A DNA stretch of 37,069 bases from Monosiga brevicollis MX1 (lineage: Eukaryota): contig NW_001865083.1 of NCBI RefSeq assembly GCF_000002865.3, positions 1-37,069 of the forward strand, written 5' to 3'. Shown in pieces: positions 20,501 through 33,338 of the stretch. The translations under genes were made by a program, and so were the position numbers. Position 1 is the first letter of the stretch; every line of letters begins with the position of its first letter. The notes below the pieces were generated by a model. The model worked only from the letters and a program-made list of their open reading frames with translations. It was not told where the DNA came from and searched no databases.

Positions 20501-22354
20501 AGTGTTTTGACGGCGCGTGTGGTTGAATAGGGTGTTTTGCAACGGCTGCAAGCCATGAACCAGGCTTTTGAAGCATATGATAAGGAACATGGTACGCATG
20601 GTCCGGCTGCCAGCCTTTGGAACAATGTACCTCGGCTTGTAGAACCGTGTGCTGATCCATAGCGCTGCATGTGTCACCCCATTTCACGGAAAATAAATAT
20701 CTTATATAATAACAGGAGCGAGTGGGTTGCCCGAGGGCACGGCGGACCCCCGCGTGGAAAGCATCAAGGCCATGCGGGCCATGATGCGAGTGGCTTTGGA
20801 TATGGTGTCTCGCAGCTCGGCCAAGTATGTGCATGTGAGTCCACGGGCTTGAGCGTTGCCATAGCAGTCTCATGTCGATGATGTGGCTTCAGATTGGAAA
20901 ACTCGGAAGAGCGACAGGCGCTGTGGTGCCCTCTCCTGGACATGTTGATTGAGGTCCACGGCAAAATGAAAGGCGTGCTGAAGCACACCATTCAGGATCA
21001 TCGCCAAGTGATTCAGGATACCATCAAGTCAGTCTTTGCCGTAGCTACGCTAGCTGGGCCACAGCGCGCACGAGACAGCATGCCTCATGTTGTGCCGACG
21101 ATGCCAATGCGCTTTACAGACAAGTGGTGGCGGTGATGATCAGCCATGTGGCACCCCCCATCATTTTGCACCGGATTATCCGAGATAACGACATGGCCGA
21201 GCGCTTCCGAGATATCAAGGTTTGTTCGCGACCGAGCCAAGGTTGGCTTGCGCCTTGCCTCTCACGCCGCCATCCACCTTTGTTCTTTTTTTCTTTTTTT
21301 TTTTTCTTGACTTATAATGCAGGATCTTGTCATGGGCATGCTGGACACGTACATTTATGAGAAAACTCTTTTGGGCGTGAGTATCGCGCATGTTGAGGCG
21401 CACTGGGCCGCAACGCTGTGCAGGTTGTTGCCTTGACCGCCTATGTCACCCTTCTAGACGACGGTCAAGATTATCGGCAATGATATTGACATCATGGCCC
21501 ATCACCGCTTTCACAGCATGCGCGACGCCTTTTCTTCGCAGTGGCGGTATGTCAGCTTCATGGCCGCCACTGGATTCGATTGAGCGCCGATCGTGCTTGC
21601 GCTGGCTCAAATGTGGTCTGATGGGGGAAATGTAGTTGCCCGTTTTGTTCGCAACCCTTGTACGGCGGACACCTTGGGGCAACGGAAATTGTCATGACCC
21701 GTACCGGCGCCTCCGCCCATCGATCGGTGCGAACATGTTCCAGACTGCCTTTCTTTGCCGCTTCTTTGTGTCTTGCGTGTTGCCGGCGTTTAGAGCATGC
21801 GTTCGTCTTCCGTAACGGTCTTGGGGCTGGGCTTCTTTTCACAGTGTCATGACGAGGCCTTGGGCCAATCCCGCCACCAGCGGGGCCGCCGTGCCGCGCG
21901 TGTGGTGGAGCCGCGGCTGTCGAGCGTGAGCTCAGGAGAGGCTACAGCAGAAGCGTCTTCGACAAAGACCCAGACGGTTGAAGAGCAGGTTGAAGATCGA
22001 GCTGCACGATACCTCGAGCACACACGGGTGAGCCCTGCGATGCACCCTGATACCTGATGATTCTTCAAGTTTGTTTCCCCTTCACTTTGACTTGATCACT
22101 TGATAACTCACACAAAACAAACTTTGCGGACAATGACGATGCAGGCACAAACAGACGGTTTGCTCGTCGATCTGCTGGATCGTTTGGAAGACAGCTTGTA
22201 CGAAGAGACACCTCGTCCCAAACTTGGTTTGCTGAGCGGCCCCGAGTACGAGCTTCAGCTCGCCGCGCCCCGCACCAAGCGGACAGCCCCTTCTAGCGGC
22301 GTGTGCATGCCCACGGTACCCCAAACGCGAGGCAAGGTTCGCATGGGCTTTTAG
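14550..22354 (+). CDS. VPS8: Vacuolar protein sorting 8 homolog (CORVET subunit), many short exons
   Basis: A low-complexity N-terminus is followed by WD40-like exons (VAVGTAFGLVLIY, AVTAIDLDVEESRVICGYENGVIVRWDL). Vps8 core exons: FLEELRPLILNDTITSLPPVVMQ, VEECILHMDVSTMDINE, LCWSYRLFDAMIYIYNNGLDDYIFPL, GNKLLVYLSYCLAGRAYPRGEL, YPNLRTLLRFNTREVLNVLSLAF. There is a clathrin-repeat-like solenoid and a CPFC RING-like piece near 21635. The start (14550) and stop (22352-22354) are best guesses, and not all exons were delimited. Confidence 0.9.
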
Positions 22355-23221
22355 AGAAATACTTTACACTTACCAACGTACACGTAATGGGTTTTTTGTG
22401 TGGTTGCATCGTCCAACACTGGGTCGAGCAGAATGGCAACAACACGTGAATTGAATGATTACATAAGGCGAAAGGAAACTAAACGTGCACCCAATGAAAA
22501 TGGAAATACGCCAAACCCAATGTAAATGTGAGGGCTGGATGGCAGCCAGAGCCTTGAACAGTCAATGTGCGTACGTTCTTGGTAGAGCGTGGATCTCTGA
22601 GCTATGTGGACACTCACGAACAAGGGTTGTTCTAAAATTTGAATTCATTTGCAAAAAGAGTTGTAAATCGATGGAAAAACCAGATGCGATAAGATGATAA
22701 AAAAAATGATATGTATAGGTAGGAAAAGCAGACGCAGCTACAGAAGAAAGGAAGGAAACGAACACACGAAAGCACACTGATTGACCACAGCAAGCGTGAC
22801 CGTTGCACGCCAAAGCATGAAAGTCTGAACCTTCATCCAGATGCATGGGCCAAAAAGTTTGTCAAAAAAAAGAAGAAAAAAAAAGGAAGAAAAAGAAAAA
22901 AAATTCTTCGAAAAAGCAATCTGATCAAGAAATTGCATGGCAACAAAAAACAAACCATCTTTAACATGATGTAAAAATAATCAGACAGAGTAAACGACTC
23001 TTGTCTCACACAATTGGGCTGTGGCTATGTAGAGCGCAACACACGCATCGGCCCAATCTCACACTCGCACGGTGCGCACAGCGATTGCCGCCTGCGCAAC
23101 CAGAAGACAGGCCCTCTTGATGCAGGCACGGAGAAGTACCAAAGGTTACCTCCGACCGCACGAGGGCTCAACAGTCTGTATCGGACATTCGAGCGGCCGA
23201 GACTGGGCGATGCCCGCACCA

Positions 23222-26200
23222 TCAATCCGAATCCTTGTTGCCCGGGGCCACAGCTGCCATTTCGGAGGGAGGCACGTCGTCCACGTTGACGTTGGTAAAC
23301 TGGTGAACAATGGTCTTGTTCGAGTCGGAGCGCATGCCCAGATCCCCAACCTTGGTGCTGCGGCGAGAAAGACGTGGAGAGGCGCCAGACTTGTGCTTCG
23401 AAAAGACAACATGGTAGACCAAGACGGCAAGCAGCACCACGGCTAGCAGCACGAGCACGAGCGTGACAATCTCCACCGCGTTAAAGGAGTCATCGCCCGC
23501 AGTGGCGGATCCTGATGAGGCTTCGGGGTCGGTCATGGCGCTCGTATCCGACACGGCAACGCTTTGGGACGGGGGCTCATCTCGATTCAGCGACTCAAGC
23601 ACGCCACCACTTTCCAAAGAAGGGCTGGCGTCCTCTGCGTACAGCAAGGTGAGCAGCAGGTTGGCGAGTTCTTCGGCTGACAGATCCTCGTTGCTGTCAT
23701 CACGCCGAGTCCACATGCTACGACGGCGACTGCTACCGCCCTGGACTTCGATGCGCAGAGCCACGAGAACCATGCCATCACTGGCCGACTCACGAAGCGA
23801 CTCGACTGAAATCCGGCTCGCCGACACCTGCAGCAGAGAAGCCAATTCGCCTTGCAGTTGTTCGGCAAACTCGGCAAATGCCGTGGACGAGCTGTCTGCC
23901 CAGGCAGCGTTCCATGTCACGGCAAACTTGAGGCCATCCAGTTCGACGGCACTCGGCGTGGCATCGGCAACCTCGCGGTATTGGTAGACCCAAGAGACTG
24001 GCTGTCGCACCTTATTTCCGGCCTTGTCGTAAACGTTGGCAATTTCAATCTCCACCGTCTTGCCACTCAGCAGGGAGGCCGAGAAGGTCTTGGCAATGGA
24101 GAGCTTGATAGCATGGCCCTGGCAGATGACATCCAACACACGCTCGCTGACGCTGATGCTGTCACCAATCGACGCCTTCACCGAAAAGGTGAAAGGTCGC
24201 GTGCATTGCAAAGGTTCGGTAAAGATAACCTCAACGTCGGCTCCCGTGTCAGCCAGCGTGGAGGCCCGCGGATACATGGCAAAGACCCGAGGCAGCGAGC
24301 GGTCCACGGTTCCAAGCAGCGAAACGGACTGGAAATCGTTGATGCCGTCGGGCGCAGCGAGACTTGCCACACTGCAGCGGCTAAACACTCGGAGCTCATA
24401 TTCGCCGTCGGCAATGCCATCGACCTTCCAATCCACCGAAGCGTAACCAAAGCTCGACTCGAGTTCCTTCAGCTCCGCTGGTTGACCGCTCGCGTTCTGC
24501 GCTGTCGTCCAGCTCGAGGCACCAAAGGGGCGGTACTGCAGCAGAACAGACTCGAGTCGGTCATTATCAGCCCAATAGCGTTTCGGGGCCTCCGGGTTGC
24601 TGACTACCACGCGGTACGTAGGCGAAGTCAATGCACTGTTGATCACAAAAGTGCTTGTGCGCAGCAGATCACCAGCCCAAGCCACCGTGGAGCACGGGGC
24701 CAAGAAGTCGACCGTCAACTCGCGCTCATCGTGCTGGAAGGAGCTGGCCGGCCAATTGCCGAGAACCAAAAACAGCTCACGTTCGCAGCGCGACCGGAAT
24801 CCCAGCTTGAAGGACACTGAAGTCCGTTCGTCTGCCTGACGTACATATAACGTTTCCGTGTACTCAGAGTAGGCCGGCATTTGCTCATACAGGCGGCCTT
24901 CCGCGAGCGTATCACCGTTGATAAAGACCTCGGCCCCCTCAACGTCACGAACATAGCTAGACAAAAACGTCGAGGAAAGGCACGCAAATAAGAATGAAGG
25001 CGCAGGGGTAACAGGGGTTGAGGAGAAGTTCAAGGCGTGACGTGTCGCCAGAACTTACAGCTCGTATTGGTTGGCTTCGTTGGCATCGTTGATCAGACGA
25101 AGTTTGAACACGGCAGCTTGCCCAGGATACACGGCTGACAGAGGTTCACTTTCAACAATAATGCGAGGCTAAGAAAAAGTCAACAGTGGCCGTGAGAACA
25201 AACAAAAGACTTGGTGCCACATGAAGCGATGATTCTCAATCACGCACCTGTTCACGGGCATATGTGTTGGTCTCGTGCGGACACTTGGAACTGCCGGCAA
25301 CAGTTGTGAAGACAAACGAGCCGAAGATGGGATCGCGTGCCACCTACGGATTGACCCAACAAAGAGGCAGAGGTCGACACATCCAGCAGCGGCAGCATGG
25401 TGAGGTTAAGTTAGTTCAGCCGATATAGAGGCAAATACCGTTCAGAAAACACACACTTCTTTCCAATCCTGAGAAATCACGAATCAAGTCGTACCTTGAC
25501 CACAAACTTATCGCCGCCATCGCCATCGGCCAGGACAAAACCACGCGTGGTCTCGACGTCGGTGTCGGTAGTCGTAATGTCGGCCGACTCTTCATGTCGG
25601 GTGTAACCAATCTCAAAGTCGAGCGAAGGTCCAACGCCCACTAATTGCACCTTGGCAGCCACGGCGCCCAAAATGTGAAAATCCTTCTGAGCCATGGTAC
25701 CGGAGTCTGAGCTGTTGTCAACACCACTCGTCTCCTCAAACGTATATGCTTGACCTCCACCTGTGAAAGAGATGGCACTGTAGAGTTCAAGTTCGGACTC
25801 GGCTGCCGCGTCTGGCTTCATGTCCAAATCTCGGGCGGCACTCATGAGCGTTTCGGGCATCAAAGCCGTCACAGCTTCCAAGCTTCCTTGTGTCGCGTTA
25901 ATCAGCACGGCATCGGTGTAATTGAGAACCGAGGTCCATCCCGAAATGGCTTCCTTGAGCTTGTCCACCTTCTTTTGAGCCTCCTGCTGCTCGTCCGAAG
26001 TGCCTTCAGCTTGTGCTGTGACAAGGTCTTGCTCGGCCAGGACGAGATTGTTCTTGAGGGTCGGAATCTGTGGTGCATCCAAAAAGTCCAACGTGAAAAT
26101 AAAGCCTTCTTCTTCTGTTTGTTTGTTTTTCCTTGCCCACCCCCTTCACCCCACCTGGTCAAAAAAAGGAGAGCTTACCTCAGCATCCTTGATATCACCA

Positions 26201-29200
26201 TACAATTTGATGGTAAAGGAGTTGGTGTTTTTGGACTTGTCGTCCAGAGACCACGTCACCTTGTCAATAATGCTCACATCGCAGGCGTCCATGTCAAAAA
26301 TCACCTCTTTGGTTTCTGTGTACTTGACCGTCAGGGCTGGAGTCACAAATACTGGGCTGGATGGGACACCCAGATCCTCTGACGTTTGGATGGAGATGGT
26401 GGTGGTAAACGTCACGCTATCATCGCGATTCTTCTTGCCTTCAATGTCTGCACTAACTTTCGAGACCTCAAGCTACACAATCAATCAGGGGGTTAAATGG
26501 CAATCAGATGATGAGTGGGCGAAGAATCTCAACCACCGCTGAATGCTGCCAGCAAACGCCTTTGGACAAAGCAAGTGCAGACTTACGTCAAAGCCAACCT
26601 CGCCTTCGCTCTTGGCCGTTTTACCACATGCCTCGACGCCCAAACCGGCGCAAAGGCTAGATTCAAAGTCCCAGGTATAAGCGCCATGCTCTGCCAAAAG
26701 TCCAATTGCCATGAGAGTACCGAGGACACACACACACACACACACAAAAAAAAAATAAAAAAATAAAAAAATCACCATTATCAAAACAGACGTGAAGGTA
26801 TGGGGGCGATTGGTCAAGAAGCGTTTGGATTCGTACCATGGGCGTAGGCACCACCAAAAGCTTGATATTCACGGTGTCGCACGGTCATCTGCGCTTTGGC
26901 ATTTTCCTGCCGTCGTATCAGTGTCATGAAGCGCATCGATTGTGAGCCCACAGCCGTGCCTTCACTTGTGTTCGAGAGGCCCTGTTCACTCAAGATCAAC
27001 CCAGCCACGTACATAGTAGGCAAAGGACTCGCCACCCGGAGGGTCATAGAGGATCATGAGAGGAAAGTACTCGGGAAAGTCCTATCATACAGACAAGAAA
27101 GCTTTAGTTTACCATCACACAAGCCAGACAGGTTGCCAAGTGGTCGAGTGCGCCCGCACAAGCAGACGTGCATACCATGGTAAAGAGATCTGAGATGATC
27201 TTGTCTCCGGTCACGATGACGGCTTGGCGAACTTCGACGGTGTAGAGGGAGCTGATGGAGGCCGACAGCAGCTTGGCATACTGAACGCCCTCGATGGTGG
27301 CCACCAACTCGGGTTCACCTGCCATGGCGTCGATTGAGGTGTAGGCGCGGGTTACGGTCTCCCCGTCTTTCGCCAGCTCGTGTTCCAGGGGGAGCAGACA
27401 ACCATCCGCGCAGCGACTGAGCAGTGCGGCATCTTCCTTGGACATGGCCTTGTTGGCGACAAGCGTGGCCGCGCGTTCAGTGGTCTCGCCCAGCATGTTC
27501 ACAATCGAAACGTTGCCGTCAATGTGTGGACACGCGGTAATGTCTGCCCAAAAGCTCTCCGTCACGTCCACGGTGATGGTTGTGGTCGTGTCGCGGGGAA
27601 GGATGAACAAGTTGCAGTCACCACCGACGTTGTTTGTCATGGAGAGGGTGACAACAGGTTCAGGATGGTATTCCCATCGCACGGCAGCCGGCCGTGATGA
27701 GAGCAAATCGGCACGTTGCTTTCGCGTTCCTTTGGCGGCAAAGTAATTTGGTACCGTATCCCCGAGCTCCACGGCGTTGTGCGTGAGGCTGATGAGTTCG
27801 ACATCAAAGTTCTGAGCTGGCACCTCCACCAGATGCTCGTATTCGCCAAAGGTAATCTCTTGGGACCAGGACGCGGCGCAAGTGGGGTAGGAGAGCTGCA
27901 GGGTGGTGTTACCCAGCGTACGATTGCACAGCCCACCAGCCACCTGGACCGTCATGGTCGTCGTGGTTGTGTCAATGTAGATGACGGGAGCCTGTCGGCT
28001 TCCATCACTTTCCAGCTTGTAAAAGTCGTAAGCAACGGGGGCACCGGCGAGATCCACCGAGTCGTAAAAGCCCGTGGGTGCACGGCCCTCGTTGAGACGC
28101 TCAAAGGTGTGGTTGTTATAGTCAAAAGAAGGATAGACGGTGAGACCAGCTGCCACGGGGACCACAAAGTAGCCCGCAGTCGAGGTGACTGAGCATCCCA
28201 AGCTGGTATGTTCAATGTGGTTGATGACGCACACACGCACACCCTGAAGGGGGCAGCCGTTGGCATACGAAGCGTGCTCGGTACCCTGGATAAAGAGGTA
28301 GCCCTCAAAGGGGACGGTGGTAGCATCGACAAAGACAACCTCGTTGTCAAACGTGAGGGCGCTCACCAGCAGCGTCTGCTCCGAGCAGGGCTGGCCTGAG
28401 CAGGTGTAGCGGTGGCTGATGTCACCGCTTTGCTTGGCGACCCGCACCACGATGGACTCCACGTCGTTGGACAGCTCGGACGTCTTGACATAGATGGTAA
28501 AGGTGCCATCGGGGCCGGTGGTCAAATTGCCCCCCAAGTGGGGACGGTCCTGGAAGAACCACTCGACGGAGGTATCGGCCACCGGCAATTTGCCGGCCGA
28601 ATCGGTCAACTGCACGCGGCCTTGGATGCGCGCCTCCCATTGAATCTGAAAGCTGGTGCACGTCTGGTGCGACTCGTACGACCCGCTCACTGACTCATCC
28701 TCGGCCCAAACAAAGGCGGTGCGACTGTAGGCAGAGACGCAGTATTGGTGGACGTTGCCAACGTTGAGGTCGTCCGAGTTTAGAATGTCATCGTAGACGG
28801 TCTTGGGGGAGTACACGCGTTCACAGGCTTGACTGGATACCACGTCGTAAGCGGACGTGAAGGAGTAGCCATCGCGGTAGAGTAGAAAGCCATCCTCGCA
28901 GAAGCTGTGGTCGATAAAGTTGAAGTAGATGCGGCCGAGGTATTGGTTGATGGTGAGGTTACCCGGGGTGCCGCTCGTGTCCGACTCCAGACAGCCGCAG
29001 GTGGTGCGCGCGAGTTGATACTCAAAGACGTCGGGGTAGTTGCCGGCTTCGTTTTTGCCTTCGACCTTGATATAGTAGAAGGTACCGGGCAGGAGGTGAC
29101 GCAAGGTGATGAGGGAGGTGTCGGCCTCACCGCCTTCGTCGGCATCAAATTCCTGGGGGTAGTTGGACGCGACGGTGTAGGCAAACTCTGTGGTTTTCCA

Positions 29201-31536
29201 GACGCCAAGGGTGACGCGGAACGCCGTTCGATGAAGGACCGAGTTGTCGACGGCCAATTCGAGGGACTTGGCTTGCATGGTGGGCACCACTTGTAGGCCT
29301 GGGCTCTCGACACATCCGGTGGCAATGTCGTTGGCAGCGTACTTGCCACTGGGGCAGGCCTTGCAGGCGGATTGAGCATACTGGTCTTGGTAGTTGCCGG
29401 GAAAGGGGGAGGCGGAGCATGGTTTGCATTCGGTGGCCACCTCTGAGTTGCTGTAGAAGCCGGGACTGCAAGCTTGGCGGTTGGAGCGGGCACGGCCCGA
29501 GGCGTAATAGCCTTGGCCAACGTTCTTACAGCCAGACTGGCCATAGCTGTCTTGGTACTTGCCGGCATCACAGCTGGTGCAGCCGCCTTGGCCAGCCGAA
29601 CTGTAGGAACCCGGGCCACAGTTGTAGCAATACTGTCCCCATGGGCTATATGTACCGGCCGAGCACTGCTCGCAATCACCATTGACTGAATTGGTGACGC
29701 GATAGCCGACCTTGCAGGTGATGCCCTCATCGCAGCCTGCCGTTGTTGCAGCGCGAGGGCGGAGACAAGACGAGTCACGATGGCACGACGAACAGTGAGT
29801 CAAGACGTGAGGTGCTCGCGGTTGAAGCAAGCCGGGTCGAACGCACCGCAGTTGGAGTCGCATTCGCTATCGCACGACCAGCCGCAGCTTGAATCGCAGT
29901 CATCTAATCGTGAGGAAGGTAAAGGGGGGGGGGGGGAGGGATAATGAGAGATGTGTGAGCTGCAGGCAAAAGGTCGGGCACAAAGCAGTGAAAGACACCA
30001 GGGGAGACAGAAGCAAGAGGGGCAGCACGGACCATCGCAGTCGCAGCCGTTTTGGGAGCCACAGGAGCCGTCGAGCTGGCAATTGGGGCGCCAGGCAGAG
30101 CTTCGGGACTGGCGGAGTTGGCTGGCAAGGCGCATGGAGGCAAAGTGAAGCTTATCCAGGTTGTCGCAGTCGATGATGGAGGGGAGGGCGGCTCGGATTT
30201 GCGTGGCCGAGCGAGTGTAGCGGTTCAGTTTGTGGGTAGCACTCTGGGCGAGCTGCAGGACCGAGGCGGGGTGGTCACCGAGGACGAGGTAGGAGAGTCG
30301 TTGGCAGATGGAGGCCATTGGCTGTTCTTCGAGCGGGGCAGTGGCCAGATCAAACCAGATGAGGGCTTCGGGGCGACTTGTGGCGGCATTTTCGATGAGC
30401 TCGTTGAGTTGCTCGCAGAGGGTGTGGTCGTGTTCCACGTTGCAGGTTCGGTGGAAGAGCATCATCCAGGAATGGGAGAGGCGCTCGATGGAGACGGTCA
30501 GGTGGGTCGAGCCTGTCACCGAGCCGGTGGTGGCATAGTGGATGACGCCCTTTGGGATGTAAAGCAAGTCGCCGGGCAAGAGGGTGATGTGTTGGCAATC
30601 CATTTTGGCCAGTTGCCACTCCTGGTAGTTGGTGCAGCCTTGAATGTTGTGCTTGGCAATTTCCTGCCATTGGGCCTTGTGGGCGTCGCTCAGGTTTTGG
30701 CCGCCCGGGGGCTGGGGCGTGCAAAGGGTCCATTCCTTCTGGCCGTAAACTTGGACGACAAACACGTCGTAGGGATCCGTGTGTGGCTACACGTGATGTG
30801 ACGTGCAAAGGGAAAGATGACAAGTCGGATGAGGGCAAGCAAGGGAGAGAAAGAGAGAGAGAGAGCCAAAAAAAGATTAGGGAAAGGAGGGAAGGGGAAA
30901 AAGGGAAAAAAAAAAAAAAAAACGTACGGCCAAAGCTTGGGCGTTGGGGGGCGAGATGTAGGCATGAACGTTGGTCATGGTGGTAAAGAGGGCTTGGAGC
31001 TGGCGCTGGAGGATGGAATAGGGGCGGTCGGTGGCTTCTGTTTTGACGACAAAGGAGTTGCCGTCGGCCAGGAGGTTTTGGATCGTGTCGCTGGTGATGG
31101 CTTCGCCCGAGTCGGAGGCAATCTGGTCGAGGGCTTGAGGGTCAGCACCGCCTTGGGCTCGAACGGTGGTACCGGCCGACCAGAGATCAAACCATTCGGC
31201 GTAGTCGTCGAGCGAGGCGATCGAGTCGGTCAGGGCCTCGAGTTGAGCGAGGCGAGTCAAAAAGGTCTCGGGATCCCCGCGCTGGGCGAGGTGATACACG
31301 CTCTGCTCAAAGTGATTGAAAAAGAAGGTCTTGACGTTGGCTCGACCATCAAACAGCAAGTCCAAGACGCCCAGGGGCGGCGGCAGGGACGTTGCATTCA
31401 CCATACTCGAACCCTTGGCATCCTCGCCCGTGGTCTCTGCCACGACCACCGCCGCCAACTGCTGCAGCAGCAACAACAGCACCAGACCCAGACCCAGGCC
31501 CAGGCCGAGACGGGCCCCAACCCGCACACGGGCCAT
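23222..31536 (-). CDS. ~2340-aa type I membrane protein: signal peptide, JmjC/cupin 2OG-Fe dioxygenase, Cys/Asp-rich segment, TNFR/GCC2-GCC3-like Cys repeats, FN3-like, large beta-rich/Ig-like region, SEA-like domain, TM helix (12 exons)
   Basis: Exons 30928-31536, 30033-30786, 29847-29903, 27176-29736, 27013-27081, 26837-26906, 26587-26690, 26179-26472, 25495-26067, 25248-25343, 25059-25168 and 23222-24956 are all GT-AG with matching phases and sum to 7032 nt. JmjC: HAYISPPNAQALA|PHTDPYDVFVVQVYGQKEW...LLPGDLLYIPKGVIHYA. Repeats C..C..G.Y. TM AVEIVTLVLVLLAVVLLAVLVYHVVF followed by a basic SKHK. Confidence 0.82.
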
Positions 31537-31577
31537 ATCCGCGTATGCGTGCGCACTCGAGCGTCAAAAAGAAAAAT

Positions 31578-32130
31578 GAGGAGAGAGGAGAGAGAGGAGA
31601 GAGAGGAGAGAGAGGAGAGAGAGAGGGTTGAAGCGCGATCGCACGCTCGCACGCACGCGTGTCGCGTTGAGAGATCTACATAGCCAGCGAAGCACAGAGA
31701 GAGTGTGTGAGTGAGAGAGAAGTGAGAAAGAGAGAGAAGTGAGAGCGTGAGGAGGAAGAGAGAGCGCTTAGAGAGAGAGAGCGCTTAGAGAGAGAGCGCC
31801 GAGAGAGAGAGCGCCGAGAGAGAGAGAGAGAGTGTGTGTGTGTGTGGAGGCAGAGGAGAGAGGAGAGCGGAAAGAGAGTGTGTATGTCAAGGGAGAGAGC
31901 TGAGGGAGAGAGGGGGAGAGAGAGTTGAAGAGGAAGGAGAGAGGAGAGAGATGGAGAGGAGAGGGTTAGAGCTGAGGGAGAGCGCCGAGAGAGAGAGAGA
32001 CGGAGAGAGAGAGACAGCACGCCAAGAAAGAGGGAGAGAGACGACAGGGTGCGAGACAGAGAGAGAGACAGGGAGAGAGACGGAGAGAGCGTCGAGAAAG
32101 AAACAGAGAGAGCGCGCGGGCGAGAGACAA
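31578..32130. repeat. GA-rich microsatellite tract upstream of the JmjC membrane-protein gene
   Basis: Direct reading. It is CT-rich on the gene's sense strand, as seen upstream of VPS8 and the vWA-Hint gene. Confidence 0.9.
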
Positions 32131-33338
32131 GAGACGCAGAGGGACGAACAAGGCGGGCGGCTGCCGTTTCTTCAAGACAGAGAGAGTGCCGGGCGGGTGA
32201 AAATTGACAACGATGAAATCAAGGGACAAGCAGAGAGATGAAGATCCAATGAAGCAAGATCGAGTGGATGGAGGGTACCTCTGAAAAAAAATAAAACGAA
32301 ACATCAAACGAAGCGAGAGGAGTGAAAGCGAGAGAGAGAGAAAGGAAAAAACGCGATTGATTTTTCAGAGATGCATCATATTGAAAGCTATCGTATCTGA
32401 CCGAAACAAAGCCAAAACAAGAGACAGAAAGGAGATACCGCGCAACTTCAGAGCGCCATAATGGGGTGACAAAGGTATGTTGAACTTTCAAAGTCAGGAG
32501 AGGCTGCTCAACTTGGCAGAGAGGGCGCTTGAACCGGATCACACCCACCCATGTTTTCGCACCAAGTTTCGCTTGCCTTCAGAGAAAAGGCAGCGGGCAC
32601 GAGCATGACCAAAGAGCGGACATGCGCACGAATCGTCCTTGGGGTGGTGATCGCGTCAACAAGGGAGCTAGAGAGGCAGCATAAGCCTCGATTCGTCCCA
32701 AGTGAAATTCCATGCTAAAAGAAGAGAAGCTTCAACAAGGTCGACGCCCAATCAGTGGCGACGGAGAGGGACATCTTCCACAGCGTCAGCACTTGTGCAT
32801 TTGATTCTGTACAATCCCATGATATTACCCCAGGTCCCATCATCTCACCCCATGCGCCTGGTCATATATGGACAAAAAGCAAATGGCTTGCCCCGCTTAA
32901 CCAAACACGCACCAAACGCGACTTGAATTTTCACAGCTTTCGACCTTTGGGTGTGTCTGTGTAAATCTCACTACTTTCGCAGACTGGAATCTTTCCATCT
33001 CACTGCGTTCGACAATGCCTGGAGTGAACAAGCACGGCTTACGAGTTGGTCCCCCTCTGCACGAGGGGCAGGATCAACTAGATCAACAGGCCTTCCCGCG
33101 ATGGCTTTATGAACAAGTCGCACTCCTTGGAGATGGCAACTCATGGGAGATCACAATTCAATTTTAAAGGGAGAGGGAACAAGACTATCAAAAAAAACAC
33201 AAGTACAACAGTACCCACAGACGCGGGTCACTCCAGACACATGCCGACGCTCACGGCGCAAAGGCCCGACAGAACCGCTTCACCATGGACATGGGTACAA
33301 GAACAATACCGACCGAGGCCGAGATCACATGTCCACTC

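Noticed and set aside
31676..33300. Several ORFs in the GA tract and the intergenic region before CENP-A
   Set aside because: Low complexity or short, with no motifs and no consistent splice pattern found.
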